DNA of 64,000 nt from a virus, in IMG/VR virus record IMGVR_UViG_3300043571_000425; one strand, given 5' to 3'. The notes beneath the pieces are model-generated. The model did not search any database. It was not told the origin of the DNA and saw only the letters and a list, made by a program, of their open reading frames with translations. Positions 35,089-44,874 of the stretch are shown in pieces; the stretch's first letter is position 1, and each line of letters starts with the position of its first letter. Made by a program: the position numbers and the translations under genes.

Positions 35089-36087
35089 ATGAATGCAGAG
35101 CAACTGAAGATTATCGCAGAAAATTCACCCCGTGAAGCTGCCAAAATCCTAAATATTCACATCAGAAATGTCCGATATCACAAGCAAAGAATGGAGGGGA
35201 AGAGCGTGAAACAGCTAAAACAACCCAAGACAAACTATAAATGGACAGAAGAAGAGGACAATTATTTACTTACTTTCGGGAATGATTCAACTTATCCAGA
35301 GTTAGAAGAAACACTTAAAGCGTCTCGCACTCAAATAGACTATAGATGCAAAACTCTTGGTGTTTCCCCAAAGAAGCAGACAAACTATAAGAAATGGACA
35401 GAAGAAGAGGACAATTATTTACTTACTTTCGGGAATGATTCAACTTATCCAGAGTTAGAAGAAACACTTAAAGCGTCTCGCACTCAAATAGACCATAGAT
35501 GCAAAACTCTTGGTGTTTCCCCAAAAAAGCTAAAACATCATAAAATCCTCACAGAAGAGGAAAAGGAGATTTGCTTACAAGGCTATCTTCACCAAGCAGC
35601 GGAAAAGCTGGGAGTCTCCATTCCAACTGCTGGACGACGTAGGAGGGAACTACTGAAAATAGATTTAGTGCCATTACCACTACCTACACCAACAAGATCG
35701 CTGATAAATTTTGTTGGTTTCAACGATGTCAAACAACCCGTAGAACCAACAATAGAACCAACAATAGAATCAAGCATGGAATCAATAACAGATCCAGTAG
35801 TAGAGCCAACATGGACACCTAAAAACGACATACTTTTGATCAAGCGAATTAGCAATAATTCCATTGACAAAGTTGCCAAATTATTTGGACAACCTGAAGA
35901 ACAAGTCAAGATTGGGATTAATGAAATTTTGTCGCAATTCCCAGAAATGACTGTCGGACAAATTCATCAAACGAAACTTATTCATTCCTATAGCCCTAAA
36001 TCGGCTGTGAGATATTGCGAGGTAATTCGGGAATATGCAAAGAACAGAGCCGCATATTCACCAGCAAGAATTAAGAACGACAGATGA
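35089..36087 (+). CDS. Myb/SANT-like repeat DNA-binding protein
   Basis: There are two tandem copies of KWTEEEDNYLLTFGNDSTYPELEETLKASRTQID.RCKTLG (a W-x-EEED SANT-like pattern), plus a third degenerate LTEEEKEICL unit. Confidence 0.6.
   Translation: MNAEQLKIIAENSPREAAKILNIHIRNVRYHKQRMEGKSVKQLKQPKTNYKWTEEEDNYLLTFGNDSTYPELEETLKASRTQIDYRCKTLGVSPKKQTNYKKWTEEEDNYLLTFGNDSTYPELEETLKASRTQIDHRCKTLGVSPKKLKHHKILTEEEKEICLQGYLHQAAEKLGVSIPTAGRRRRELLKIDLVPLPLPTPTRSLINFVGFNDVKQPVEPTIEPTIESSMESITDPVVEPTWTPKNDILLIKRISNNSIDKVAKLFGQPEEQVKIGINEILSQFPEMTVGQIHQTKLIHSYSPKSAVRYCEVIREYAKNRAAYSPARIKNDR
35231..35533 (+). repeat. about 150-bp tandem duplication inside the Myb-like gene
   Basis: 35231-35380 and 35381-35533 are nearly identical. 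The second copy has a 3-nt insertion. Confidence 0.85.
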
Positions 36088-36764
36088 ACCAATTAACTTT
36101 AGATTTTCCCGTAGAAGAAATCCCAAGACCAATCATGAAACGTCATGATTTTGACCGTTACGATAGTCCCCACTGGTTTGTTACCCATTTACCCAATTAC
36201 GTCAAATTAGAGGGCATCGTCGGCGAACCCTGTAAAGGTAGTGGGAATATATCAAATTTACTCCCCTACTTTGACCAGGTAGGCTATCACTGGACAAACG
36301 ATCTAGACCCGTCGGTTGATGCAGATTTTAACCTTGACGCGGCTGATCCAAAGTCATGGGAACAACTGCCTGAAGCTGATTGGATTATCACAAATCCGCC
36401 ATTTAATGCAGCTTTACCAATTCTCAAAAACAGCTTAAATCATGCGCGATTGGGCGTGGTTTTCTTCCTAAGACTATCGTTTGTCGAACCAACAGAAGAA
36501 CGCGGACAATGGTTGTTTGCAAACCCTCGCAATTTAGATTTAATTTACCCAAGATTCAAATTTAGAAAACGTAAGGATGGTAAGCAATGGCAGACGGATT
36601 CAGTGCCAATTATCGCTATGATTTGGCGCAAAGATTCAGATGAAAGATTAGGATCAATCACCATTCCCCAATCACATATTTTGGGGTTTCACGACAACCC
36701 TGAGAATGCGCCAAGTTTTGATCGGCAAGTGGAAATTTTGCGACAAGTTCAGTCTAATACTTAG
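36084..36764 (+). CDS. DNA N6-adenine methyltransferase-like protein (NPPF motif)
   Basis: EPCKGSGNI is motif I-like and IITNPPFN is motif IV. Confidence 0.65.
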   Translation: MNQLTLDFPVEEIPRPIMKRHDFDRYDSPHWFVTHLPNYVKLEGIVGEPCKGSGNISNLLPYFDQVGYHWTNDLDPSVDADFNLDAADPKSWEQLPEADWIITNPPFNAALPILKNSLNHARLGVVFFLRLSFVEPTEERGQWLFANPRNLDLIYPRFKFRKRKDGKQWQTDSVPIIAMIWRKDSDERLGSITIPQSHILGFHDNPENAPSFDRQVEILRQVQSNT

Positions 36765-36830
36765 GAGGCGATTAATCATGGATACATTGCTAATCTCGCT
36801 ACATCCGCGCCAAATTAGGAGTTAAATTCA

Positions 36831-38198
36831 ATGGATGATGACGATCTAATCCCCTGGAATCCTGCCCATTTCGGACACACGGATTTTCAAAAAGAAACCG
36901 ACGGGCAACTAACAATCTTCTTTGAAGACACGAACGAACCACCAGACCCGGACGATTTCGCCAGTATTGCAGACTACGAAATCGCCTGGACTGAATGGGA
37001 ACAAACACAAACTTTACCACAAGAGGGCAAACAAATGACATTCAATATCACAACACCGTTTGACAGCGAAATCGAACAACTCAAAGCTAAATTAGCGGAA
37101 CTGGAAACCCAAAAGCACCGCGTCTCTACCTGTGCGAATAGGATTGTTGAGCAGATTGGGGAATGTGTTGTTGAGATGAAAGAAGCGGGGGTAGGAAAGG
37201 ATAGTTTATTTTCGTGGGCTGAAACAATTTTCAGTACAATCACCGGAGACTTTTTGCCTCAAGAAAAATTAAATGAATCTCAAGATCAGATTGACGATTT
37301 AACCAAAGAGCGTAATGAGGCACTACAAAAAATCACCGATTTAACTGCGGCCAGTTTACGAGTTTCTGAAGAATTGAAAGGTGTCCGCGACAGTTTAGCG
37401 ATCGCCAATCAAGAATCTTTTGACGCTCGGAAGGAATTGGCGGATCTTGAACTAAAGCGGTTGGACATAAACCAAGAAACTTCTAGCAGCAATTTAATTG
37501 AAGGCTACAAAAAGACCATTGTAGAGTTAACTATCGCCAATCAAAAAATAACTGAAGAGTTGTTAAAACTACGCGGTGAATTACCATTAGTGGAATTGGT
37601 AAAGCACATGGAAGAAACTAGCACTCAACCCGAAGAATCAGAGAAAGATCCGCGCCAAAACGCGGCATTTTTAGAGGCTACAAACAATCAAGAAATTGTC
37701 TCAGAATTTCTCAGAAAACTAGACAGAATCGCCCGTGTTGATAAGTTGGATTGGGTGAAAATCAAAGAACTCCCTCTCAATCTTGAAACCATGCGGGAGT
37801 TAGGATTGCAAGTAAGTTCTAAGTCCAAAACCCACAAATACCTATTGGAACAAATGCCCGTAATGTGCGCCAAGTACATTGAAGAGACTGGCGATAGTTC
37901 GGATTTAGATTGGTTGCCAGGACATTTTGTGGAGTCAGTTCGTGAGGCTTTAGTAGAGATTGACAGTGAATCAACAGGTGAGGAAGATGAGGAAGTAAAA
38001 AAGTCTCCTCGATCTACGTCCCTTTCTGAAGTAAAACCAGTATTCCAGCGTGGTGATATTGTCCGCCACGTAATCACAAATCAACAATTCACGGTATTAG
38101 ACGTTAATAACGAATGGTTGAACGTCCAGGACTCTGAGGGACTAACCGATATGTGGCAAGCCTCCAATCTTGAATTAGTTGCAGAATTAGCCGCATAA
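36831..38198 (+). CDS. coiled-coil protein with acidic N-terminus
   Basis: 455 aa with long heptad-like E/K/L stretches. The C-terminal segment FQRGDIVRHV...FTVLDV looks SH3/KOW-like. Confidence 0.6.
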   Translation: MDDDDLIPWNPAHFGHTDFQKETDGQLTIFFEDTNEPPDPDDFASIADYEIAWTEWEQTQTLPQEGKQMTFNITTPFDSEIEQLKAKLAELETQKHRVSTCANRIVEQIGECVVEMKEAGVGKDSLFSWAETIFSTITGDFLPQEKLNESQDQIDDLTKERNEALQKITDLTAASLRVSEELKGVRDSLAIANQESFDARKELADLELKRLDINQETSSSNLIEGYKKTIVELTIANQKITEELLKLRGELPLVELVKHMEETSTQPEESEKDPRQNAAFLEATNNQEIVSEFLRKLDRIARVDKLDWVKIKELPLNLETMRELGLQVSSKSKTHKYLLEQMPVMCAKYIEETGDSSDLDWLPGHFVESVREALVEIDSESTGEEDEEVKKSPRSTSLSEVKPVFQRGDIVRHVITNQQFTVLDVNNEWLNVQDSEGLTDMWQASNLELVAELAA

Positions 38199-38266
38199 GG
38201 TATATTATCGGTATATCTATAGAAGAACTGATATACCGAAACCCAGATTACACCCCAATCACTCCT

Positions 38267-38296
38267 AACCACCTCTGCGCGGGGGTGGTTTTTTTA
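38267..38296 (+). terminator. rho-independent terminator
   Basis: The AACCACC...GGTGGTT stem is followed by TTTTTTTATTGG, the plus-strand version of the shared terminator family. Confidence 0.6.
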
Positions 38297-38321
38297 TTGG
38301 GGAAATCTCAAATAAAAAACT

Positions 38322-39806
38322 ATGCCAACACTAGAAGCACTTAAACGCCGTCATCCTGAACATATCCAATTTTGCGAGTATTGGGAATTGCTCACCGCAG
38401 TAGTTGAGGGTGGCGACTCAATAACCGATGTTATGAAACGGAAGTTACTCCCCAACCCTGACGGCAGGCCAGAGGAAATCATGAAGGAGCGGGTCAAGCT
38501 GGCGACGTACTGCAATAAAATCTCACCAATTTTGAGCCGCTTCAATTCAGAACTTTTTAAAAACCCGGCTGTACCAACTGGCAGTAATGACCCGTTTTGG
38601 AGTGATGAGTTTTTAAAGAATGGCGCATTATTAGAAGGTGACGACGACGGGCGGGCATCGTTCAATACTTTCTTGATGAATAGTATGTTTATGGCGTTAA
38701 CGACTGGTAAAGCTATTGCACAAATAGATACTAAATCAGCGGTTGGGGCGGTTTCGCTTGCACAGCAAAAAGAGTCAGGAGAGTTAAATCCGTATGTAAT
38801 TCTCCACCCTAGAACTGCTTTATGGGATTGGAAAAGCGGACGGGACGGGTTCAGTTTTTGCAAATTACACCAGTTTCAATTAGTGCAGCAAACGTGGGAT
38901 AGTGCGCCAGTTCCACAGCATATTTTTACTATTTTTTACCGTAGAGACGGGGCGGTTTTTACTTCTAAATATATTGCTAGGTTAATTCCCAAAGACAATA
39001 AACCCGTACCGCCAAATCCATTTATTAACACGGCAACTGATAAAGAAATAACGATTGAAACTGTTATCGAAGACCAGCCAATTTTCAATGTGCGAGGTAA
39101 GTTTGAATTTCCAATCGTTACTCTGACTTTACCTAAATCACTATGGATGGCGGCGCAATTGTTTGATTGTCAAAAGTCGTATTTCAATCAAACCGCAGCG
39201 ATGGAATACGCGCTTTACACAAATAATTACGCAATGCCCGTGATTACGGGCGTGGACGATGAAGATGATGATCCACTGCAAAATCGGAAAATGGGAGACG
39301 GGTATTATCTGACTCTGAAAACCGGACAATCAATAACATCATTTGAACGTAGCGGGGCAAATATTCAAACTGCCATTGGGTATCGTTCCGAGATTAAACG
39401 GGATATTTATGATGTTTTGCAGCAAATAGCCATGAGTGCGTCTGATGGCGCGGCTATCATTGCCCGTTCTGGAGTCTCTAAGGCTGAGGATAGAAGGCCA
39501 GAAGAAATCCTGCTAGAACGCTACGGACAATGTGTTAAGGAATTTGTTTTGCAAGTTTTGAAACCCGCAGCGATCGCTCACGGGGAATTAGTTGATTGGG
39601 AAATTACAGGCTATGACGAGTTTCTGGGGTTTTCACTGACAGAACTTTTAGAGGATATGGCTCTCATTGACGCTGCAAATATTCCGTCCCCAATATTTAA
39701 AAAGGAAGTGCAAAAGCATTTTGTGAAACGGGCTGCCAGAAGTTATGACCTTGATCCGCAAGCCGTTCAATTGGCACTTGCGGAAATTGACGCAACGGAT
39801 TTGTGA
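38322..39806 (+). CDS. portal protein (DUF4055-like)
   Basis: 494 aa. The N-terminal pattern W.LL..VVEGG......KR.LLPNP......I..ERVKLATYCN.....L..F...LF..P fits DUF4055-type portals. It is the first gene of the head block. Confidence 0.6.
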   Translation: MPTLEALKRRHPEHIQFCEYWELLTAVVEGGDSITDVMKRKLLPNPDGRPEEIMKERVKLATYCNKISPILSRFNSELFKNPAVPTGSNDPFWSDEFLKNGALLEGDDDGRASFNTFLMNSMFMALTTGKAIAQIDTKSAVGAVSLAQQKESGELNPYVILHPRTALWDWKSGRDGFSFCKLHQFQLVQQTWDSAPVPQHIFTIFYRRDGAVFTSKYIARLIPKDNKPVPPNPFINTATDKEITIETVIEDQPIFNVRGKFEFPIVTLTLPKSLWMAAQLFDCQKSYFNQTAAMEYALYTNNYAMPVITGVDDEDDDPLQNRKMGDGYYLTLKTGQSITSFERSGANIQTAIGYRSEIKRDIYDVLQQIAMSASDGAAIIARSGVSKAEDRRPEEILLERYGQCVKEFVLQVLKPAAIAHGELVDWEITGYDEFLGFSLTELLEDMALIDAANIPSPIFKKEVQKHFVKRAARSYDLDPQAVQLALAEIDATDL

Positions 39807-39817
39807 TGCGATCGCTA

Positions 39818-40252
39818 TTAGACCATCAATTCTTCCACATCGCTCACTAAAATAGCTCCATATCCTGCCAATTCAGCAGGGCTTATTAATATTTGTGCTT
39901 GATAATTAGGGTCTAATTCAGTTCTTTGAAGTAAAGCTATGATGGCATCAAAACTTCCCTGACTTAATTTCCCACCACGCTTTAAAGTGGTCAGATTCCC
40001 AACAATCCAATCAGGTCTATTCTGATTAATTGCGTCAAGAATCTTATCGTAAATTGGACTCTCAGCTATAGCTAATACTTCATTGTCAGCAACTACATCC
40101 GATACTTCCTCTAAGGTAGTTGTCACAGGGACTTGTCCTATAGGAACTGGATTATTAACTAATACCTTATCGTTTAAATATGAAGTTAATTCCCTAGCAG
40201 ACAATTCAGGGAATTGTGCAATTTGAGAAAGCAGCCATTGTTGTTTTGTCAT
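39818..40252 (-). CDS. hypothetical protein
   Basis: ORF track. It is the last gene of a minus-strand island inside the head module. Confidence 0.55.
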   Translation of the reverse strand: MTKQQWLLSQIAQFPELSARELTSYLNDKVLVNNPVPIGQVPVTTTLEEVSDVVADNEVLAIAESPIYDKILDAINQNRPDWIVGNLTTLKRGGKLSQGSFDAIIALLQRTELDPNYQAQILISPAELAGYGAILVSDVEELMV

Positions 40253-40445
40253 GATTTAATCAGCTATAGGAGGAGTAAATTTAAAAGGATGGTTGCTCGC
40301 CTGCTGTTTCTAAAAACTGGAGTTTGGACTAATTTCTTCGGCTAAAGCTTCAGACGCAAGCTGAGAGAAGGTTTCAGGCTTTAGAAGTCTCCTTTGGATT
40401 CGTAAGTTCCAATGCTTATCTCGTAAGGGTTTCAGGCTATGGAAG

Positions 40446-40919
40446 TCAATTTAGTCCAAACTCAAATAAATACTCCACCATTGAGAATCCGTAAAAAGTG
40501 CTTGAGTCTGACGACCCACTTGCAGAAGCAGAAAGACGCCGAATAGTGACTTCGACATTTACCGCAGTAGCAGGAGCAGTAAAAGAAAAATCCGTAGTAC
40601 TAACTGCAAAAGTGGCAACAAATCCACTCAAAGTTGTACCATTATTCGACCAACTTACGACTATGTCCCACGCTCCAGATGTTGGAGATGCCGCCTGTGG
40701 TGATGTAACTCTATAACGTTTATTTGGTGTTACATTTGCGCGATAAGACCATCCATTAAATACCCCCGAAGTTGACGTGAGGACATTTCCAGTACGAGAC
40801 ATAGGATTCCAATTATCATAGGCACCGCGTGAATAGCCCTGTCCAGAAAATAATTCGGTTCCCCATCTCGGTGTCCACAACTTTCTACCCAACACCACCA
40901 TTCTTGTAGAAGCTCTCAT
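40446..40919 (-). CDS. hypothetical fibre-associated protein
   Basis: ORF track. Its start overlaps the stop of 40916-41986. Confidence 0.5.
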   Translation of the reverse strand: MRASTRMVVLGRKLWTPRWGTELFSGQGYSRGAYDNWNPMSRTGNVLTSTSGVFNGWSYRANVTPNKRYRVTSPQAASPTSGAWDIVVSWSNNGTTLSGFVATFAVSTTDFSFTAPATAVNVEVTIRRLSASASGSSDSSTFYGFSMVEYLFEFGLN

Positions 40920-41986
40920 ACAGCAAAGCTCCTTGCGCGAACAGTAAAACTTTCACTATTGGCAGCAGGGGCAAATGCTCCATTAGTAACCACATATCCA
41001 AACAGAGAAGTTCCAGTTAGTTTATAAAGTTGGTTTAGGTTTCTCTCTTCAGCAACTACACTACCACCACCCTGAGCCAGTGATGCAGACAATGCGATAC
41101 CTCTAGGATTCATAATACTAGCTCTATCTCCAGAAGATAAAGAAAAAGCTAGATTATCTGCTATAGCAGATGGTGGAGTAACATCGTATAGATATACCGT
41201 AAAGCTACTCATACCACTAGGGACTGCTGTGATATTAAAAATAATATCTAAGCTTTCAATAAATACAAATCCGCCACTAGCACCAATATTTGTTAACTCA
41301 AATACACCGCCATAAACATCATTAGCCGTATACGGTGTAACGTTAGCAGGTCTTGTTACTAACCTCGACGCAACATAAGCTAGTCCTGCTGGTGCAGTAG
41401 CCATGCTTACAGGTTGTGTTGCTTGCCAGAATGTACCGTCTACAGTAATACTACCGCCTGCATCGCTTATTGGAATAGGATTACCGACATCATTAGCTAT
41501 TTCTAAAGCAGGTGCAGTCCCTATATTAAAAGTAGGTGTAGATGTAAATGCTGGTAATGTACCACTGATACCCACAGAGGTTGGTGGGGTAAGTGTGGTA
41601 ATTTGTGCGGCTGGTAAAACAACTGGCACGCTTGCGGTAGCTAGAGCCTGCCCTAATACTGGAGTTTTGGTGTCAATATTAGATAAAGATGTATTGGCGG
41701 TAGTTTGTAAACTACTAGTAGCAGCACCGCTTGGTAAAGGCAGGCTACTAGCACTTACAGGTTGTGTCGTTTGCCAGAATGTACCGTCTACAGTAATACT
41801 ACCGCCTGCATCGCTTATTGGAATAGGATTACCGACATCATTAGCTATTTCTAAAGAAGCATTGCCGACCGTGACATTTAAGCTACCAACTTCTACAGGG
41901 ATTTTGCCGTTGGACAATACAGGGATGCGATCTCTCGTTACCCCCCAAATAGCTGACAACAAATCTTTGATATCTGATAAAGCCAT
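40916..41986 (-). CDS. fibre-like protein with internal duplicated domain
   Basis: LEIANDVGNPIPISDAGGSITVDGTFWQ.TQPVS occurs twice. The sequence is Ser/Thr/Ala-rich. Confidence 0.6.
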   Translation of the reverse strand: MALSDIKDLLSAIWGVTRDRIPVLSNGKIPVEVGSLNVTVGNASLEIANDVGNPIPISDAGGSITVDGTFWQTTQPVSASSLPLPSGAATSSLQTTANTSLSNIDTKTPVLGQALATASVPVVLPAAQITTLTPPTSVGISGTLPAFTSTPTFNIGTAPALEIANDVGNPIPISDAGGSITVDGTFWQATQPVSMATAPAGLAYVASRLVTRPANVTPYTANDVYGGVFELTNIGASGGFVFIESLDIIFNITAVPSGMSSFTVYLYDVTPPSAIADNLAFSLSSGDRASIMNPRGIALSASLAQGGGSVVAEERNLNQLYKLTGTSLFGYVVTNGAFAPAANSESFTVRARSFAV

Positions 41987-42050
41987 AAGTTTTCACATTT
42001 TAATTTATATTTCCCGGTGGGAAATATATTAAAAATTTTGATTCAACCTT

Positions 42051-42830
42051 ATGTCGCTAGAACCAGAAATCCTTGCAGCTATTCAAGAAGCCGTCAAAGG
42101 CACGATAACAGAAGTTGTTAAGCCCCTATCAGAACAGCTAGAAAAAGTCCAGTACGACAACGGGAAGTTGACTGAAGCATTAACAGGGTTATCAACCTCA
42201 ATCCCTAGCCAACTTGACGAACGGTTTGGGGCGATTAATCCGACCTTGGAATTTTTAAACGAACTCAGGAAAGAAGCCGAAGCGGAACAGCAGGAAAAAC
42301 CCAAGAAACAATCTGAAATTGATGCAGCTTTAGTTAAAGCTAAACAGGAATACGAGGCTAAATTTAACCAGCTTCAACGAGAACTTGAGGAACGGGACAA
42401 AGAAGCTCAAGCCCTCAGAGAAGCGGATCGCAAATCTCGCATGAGAAATGATGTATTAGGGCAGATGAGAGCGCTTGGTACGGTACGTCCAAATACGGAA
42501 GAGGATTTACTGACTCTCCTAGAAAAACGCGGTTTGATTGTCGAAGATGGCGATAAATTTTTCGTTAAATCTCAGGATAAATTTGGCGGACAAATTAACG
42601 CCGAATTTAAAGATATTCTACCCAAAATGCTGGAGTCAGATTTTGCTCACTTTGCCGTCCCGCGCGGTGGCACTGGCACGGATGGACAGCCGGGAAATCG
42701 TGCGCCTCAAACTTCTCAATATAACTTTGGTGGTATGACTGCTCAGGAAATTTACGACACTTACAGCAAAGATCCTGAAGCGATGAAAGCTTATAACCAA
42801 CTACTCGAACAGCAGTTCGGGAAAGCTTAA
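42051..42830 (+). CDS. putative scaffolding protein
   Basis: A coiled-coil E/K/Q-rich 259-aa protein encoded immediately upstream of the coat gene. Confidence 0.55.
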   Translation: MSLEPEILAAIQEAVKGTITEVVKPLSEQLEKVQYDNGKLTEALTGLSTSIPSQLDERFGAINPTLEFLNELRKEAEAEQQEKPKKQSEIDAALVKAKQEYEAKFNQLQRELEERDKEAQALREADRKSRMRNDVLGQMRALGTVRPNTEEDLLTLLEKRGLIVEDGDKFFVKSQDKFGGQINAEFKDILPKMLESDFAHFAVPRGGTGTDGQPGNRAPQTSQYNFGGMTAQEIYDTYSKDPEAMKAYNQLLEQQFGKA

Positions 42831-42857
42831 TTCAAATAATTCTTAAAAGGAATTTTT

Positions 42858-44177
42858 ATGCCACCAACCTTTACCGCTAATGATGCACTTTTAGAAACTC
42901 GCATTGCCCAAAGTGCATTAACCCAATTAAACCTGATGGCGATGTACCCCCGTGTCGCTGTCACTAACTACGAACCCGGGGCTTTTGAAGTTGGCAATGA
43001 TGTTAAAATCCGTCGTCCCAAGCGTCGCCGTGCCACTGAATTAAATCCCCGTTCTGCGGCTGGTACTTTTAATGAAGCTGCGTTTTTCTCAGGTTCTATC
43101 ACCTTAGAAAAACTTTGGTTTGATGGCTGGCAGACTTACGGAATTGATCCACGTCAAACCATTGAAAAATATTTAGCGGAAACTGGATCTCAAATGGCGG
43201 ATGCGATCGCTACGCCAAATGATGAGTACATGAACTCATTATTCACTACTTGGACGGCAACGACTGGCACGGTGGCTTTAGGCGCTAACGCTCCGGTAGG
43301 TGTTGCGGCTTGTGTAGATTCCACTACTGGTGCATTGACCAATTTCAATAGTGCTGGGTTAGTTGGCGCGGGTGTAATTCTTGATAGAGAGAATGTTCCT
43401 AAAACTGACAGATTTGGGTTAATTTCCCCTGTTGCGGCTGGTGCATTCTTGCAGGATTCCGTAGCTATTACCGGATTTGCGGCTGCAACCATTGGCGGTG
43501 GTCAAGCAATCCAAAATGGTTTTCAATCATTCCTACCCCGGTTTGGTTTCTTGGTTGGACAAAGTAACGTCATTTCTAGCCAAGCTGGTGTTGCAGATTT
43601 AGACACTAACGCAGGTGTACAGGCAACTTTAGCGATCGCATCAGTTGCCGCTAATACTGATTTCACCTACGCTGACAACGCCGCAACTACCTCCGTCGGT
43701 GCGGTTAATTTAACCCTAACTTGTACCACAGCCTTATCTACTAGCGTGGCAGTTGGGCAAATTATCAGAATTGGTACAAGTGGCGTAGCTAAAGCATTTG
43801 GCGTGATTTTGAGGCTGGATAAAACCACAGCCACCGCGCCCGTCGTTACTGTTGTACCTTTCTCCCCCAATGGCGCAAAACTATTGGCAGCGCAAATCAT
43901 TCCCGGTACTGACTTGTTTAGTGTGCCTAGTATCCCATCAATCAACACTGTCAACCACCGTGAAGGCTTATTGATGGCTACCCGTCGGATTGCTGAACCA
44001 TCCCCCGGTAGTGGTGCGGTAGCTGCTTCAATTACCGACCCCGACACAAACCTGACCATTCAGGTATTCCGGGGCAACTACGACACCGGAACAGTAAGCG
44101 AGAAAAACGCTTACTATATGCTGACTGGTTCTAAAATCAGCGACTTCCGTAAATGTGCGTTAATCCTATCTCTGTAA
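42858..44177 (+). CDS. major capsid protein (P22 coat-like family)
   Basis: 439 aa. The N-terminal pattern ...L..L.L....PRVAV.NYE.....VGNDVKIRRPKR resembles the P22-type coat N-arm. It sits in the position after the scaffold gene. Confidence 0.7.
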   Translation: MPPTFTANDALLETRIAQSALTQLNLMAMYPRVAVTNYEPGAFEVGNDVKIRRPKRRRATELNPRSAAGTFNEAAFFSGSITLEKLWFDGWQTYGIDPRQTIEKYLAETGSQMADAIATPNDEYMNSLFTTWTATTGTVALGANAPVGVAACVDSTTGALTNFNSAGLVGAGVILDRENVPKTDRFGLISPVAAGAFLQDSVAITGFAAATIGGGQAIQNGFQSFLPRFGFLVGQSNVISSQAGVADLDTNAGVQATLAIASVAANTDFTYADNAATTSVGAVNLTLTCTTALSTSVAVGQIIRIGTSGVAKAFGVILRLDKTTATAPVVTVVPFSPNGAKLLAAQIIPGTDLFSVPSIPSINTVNHREGLLMATRRIAEPSPGSGAVAASITDPDTNLTIQVFRGNYDTGTVSEKNAYYMLTGSKISDFRKCALILSL

Positions 44178-44180
44178 TTT

Positions 44181-44507
44181 ATGCCTATACTTTTTGCGCC
44201 AGACGGTCAAGGGGTACAGGTTCATGAAATGCAGGTAAATAGCTTTTTGCAGCAGGGGTACAGAACGACTGACCCCACTGAAGTTAAACCCGCACCTAGA
44301 CCAGTCACCCCGCCCAAAGAACCGGACACAAGCTTGATTTTGATTAATTCCGCATCCCTTAAAGATTTAACGGAAAAATTGGGATTGACAACAGCCCAAT
44401 CTAAGGAGGTCAGGGACGGCAGACCCTATGCCAGTGTTGAGGATTTAATCGCCAAAATCCCCGCTGTTCAATGGACCACATTCACTAATTTAAGTTACGA
44501 GGTGTAG
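44181..44507 (+). CDS. helix-hairpin-helix (ComEA-like) DNA-binding protein
   Basis: INSASLKDLTEKLGLTTAQSKEVRDGRPYASVEDLIAKIPAV matches the ComEA-type HhH pattern (IN.AS..EL....GIG...A..I...R.....F.S.EDL..V.GI). Confidence 0.55.
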   Translation: MPILFAPDGQGVQVHEMQVNSFLQQGYRTTDPTEVKPAPRPVTPPKEPDTSLILINSASLKDLTEKLGLTTAQSKEVRDGRPYASVEDLIAKIPAVQWTTFTNLSYEV

Positions 44508-44508
44508 G

Positions 44509-44874
44509 ATGCTGACTGATCACGAAATCGGGTTGCTTTACGAAGTGTACGAAATCACCATGCGAGATAATACCGTTGTCTCCGGTGGTAGTGGTCAGTC
44601 GCGCCTTATGCCGGATTTATTTAGCAGTGGGCAATCCATTCGGCAAAGACTGCAATCATCAATAGAACAAATCAATCTTTTCCCCTCTCAAGTTGAGAGG
44701 GTTCAGGCGATTCTCGCAGAATTTGAAGAACTTAGCCTAGACCCTTCAAAAATAGATAAAGACGGCTATCAATTACGCCCAGCTAATAATTTAGCCGCTA
44801 TTAGGAGAAGGTTGTATATTTACACCGGGATACTATTTAATTCATCTGCCACCCAAAGACTATCAGTAGGATAA
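44509..44874 (+). CDS. hypothetical head-module protein
   Basis: ORF track, tightly packed. Confidence 0.5.
   Translation: MLTDHEIGLLYEVYEITMRDNTVVSGGSGQSRLMPDLFSSGQSIRQRLQSSIEQINLFPSQVERVQAILAEFEELSLDPSKIDKDGYQLRPANNLAAIRRRLYIYTGILFNSSATQRLSVG

Noticed and set aside
38351-38863. 170-aa minus-strand ORF
   Set aside because: It is antisense inside the portal gene, with no independent signals.
41400-41880. Two near-identical segments of about 105 bp in a fibre-like gene, considered as a DGR template/variable repeat pair
   Set aside because: No reverse transcriptase gene is present in the window. The two differences between copies are T/C changes, not adenine-specific. Both copies are in frame within the same ORF, which indicates a domain duplication.
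41403-42032. 209-aa plus-strand ORF
   Set aside because: It lies entirely antisense to the fibre-like gene 40916-41986. It mirrors that gene's internal duplication and has low-complexity composition, so it is a shadow ORF.
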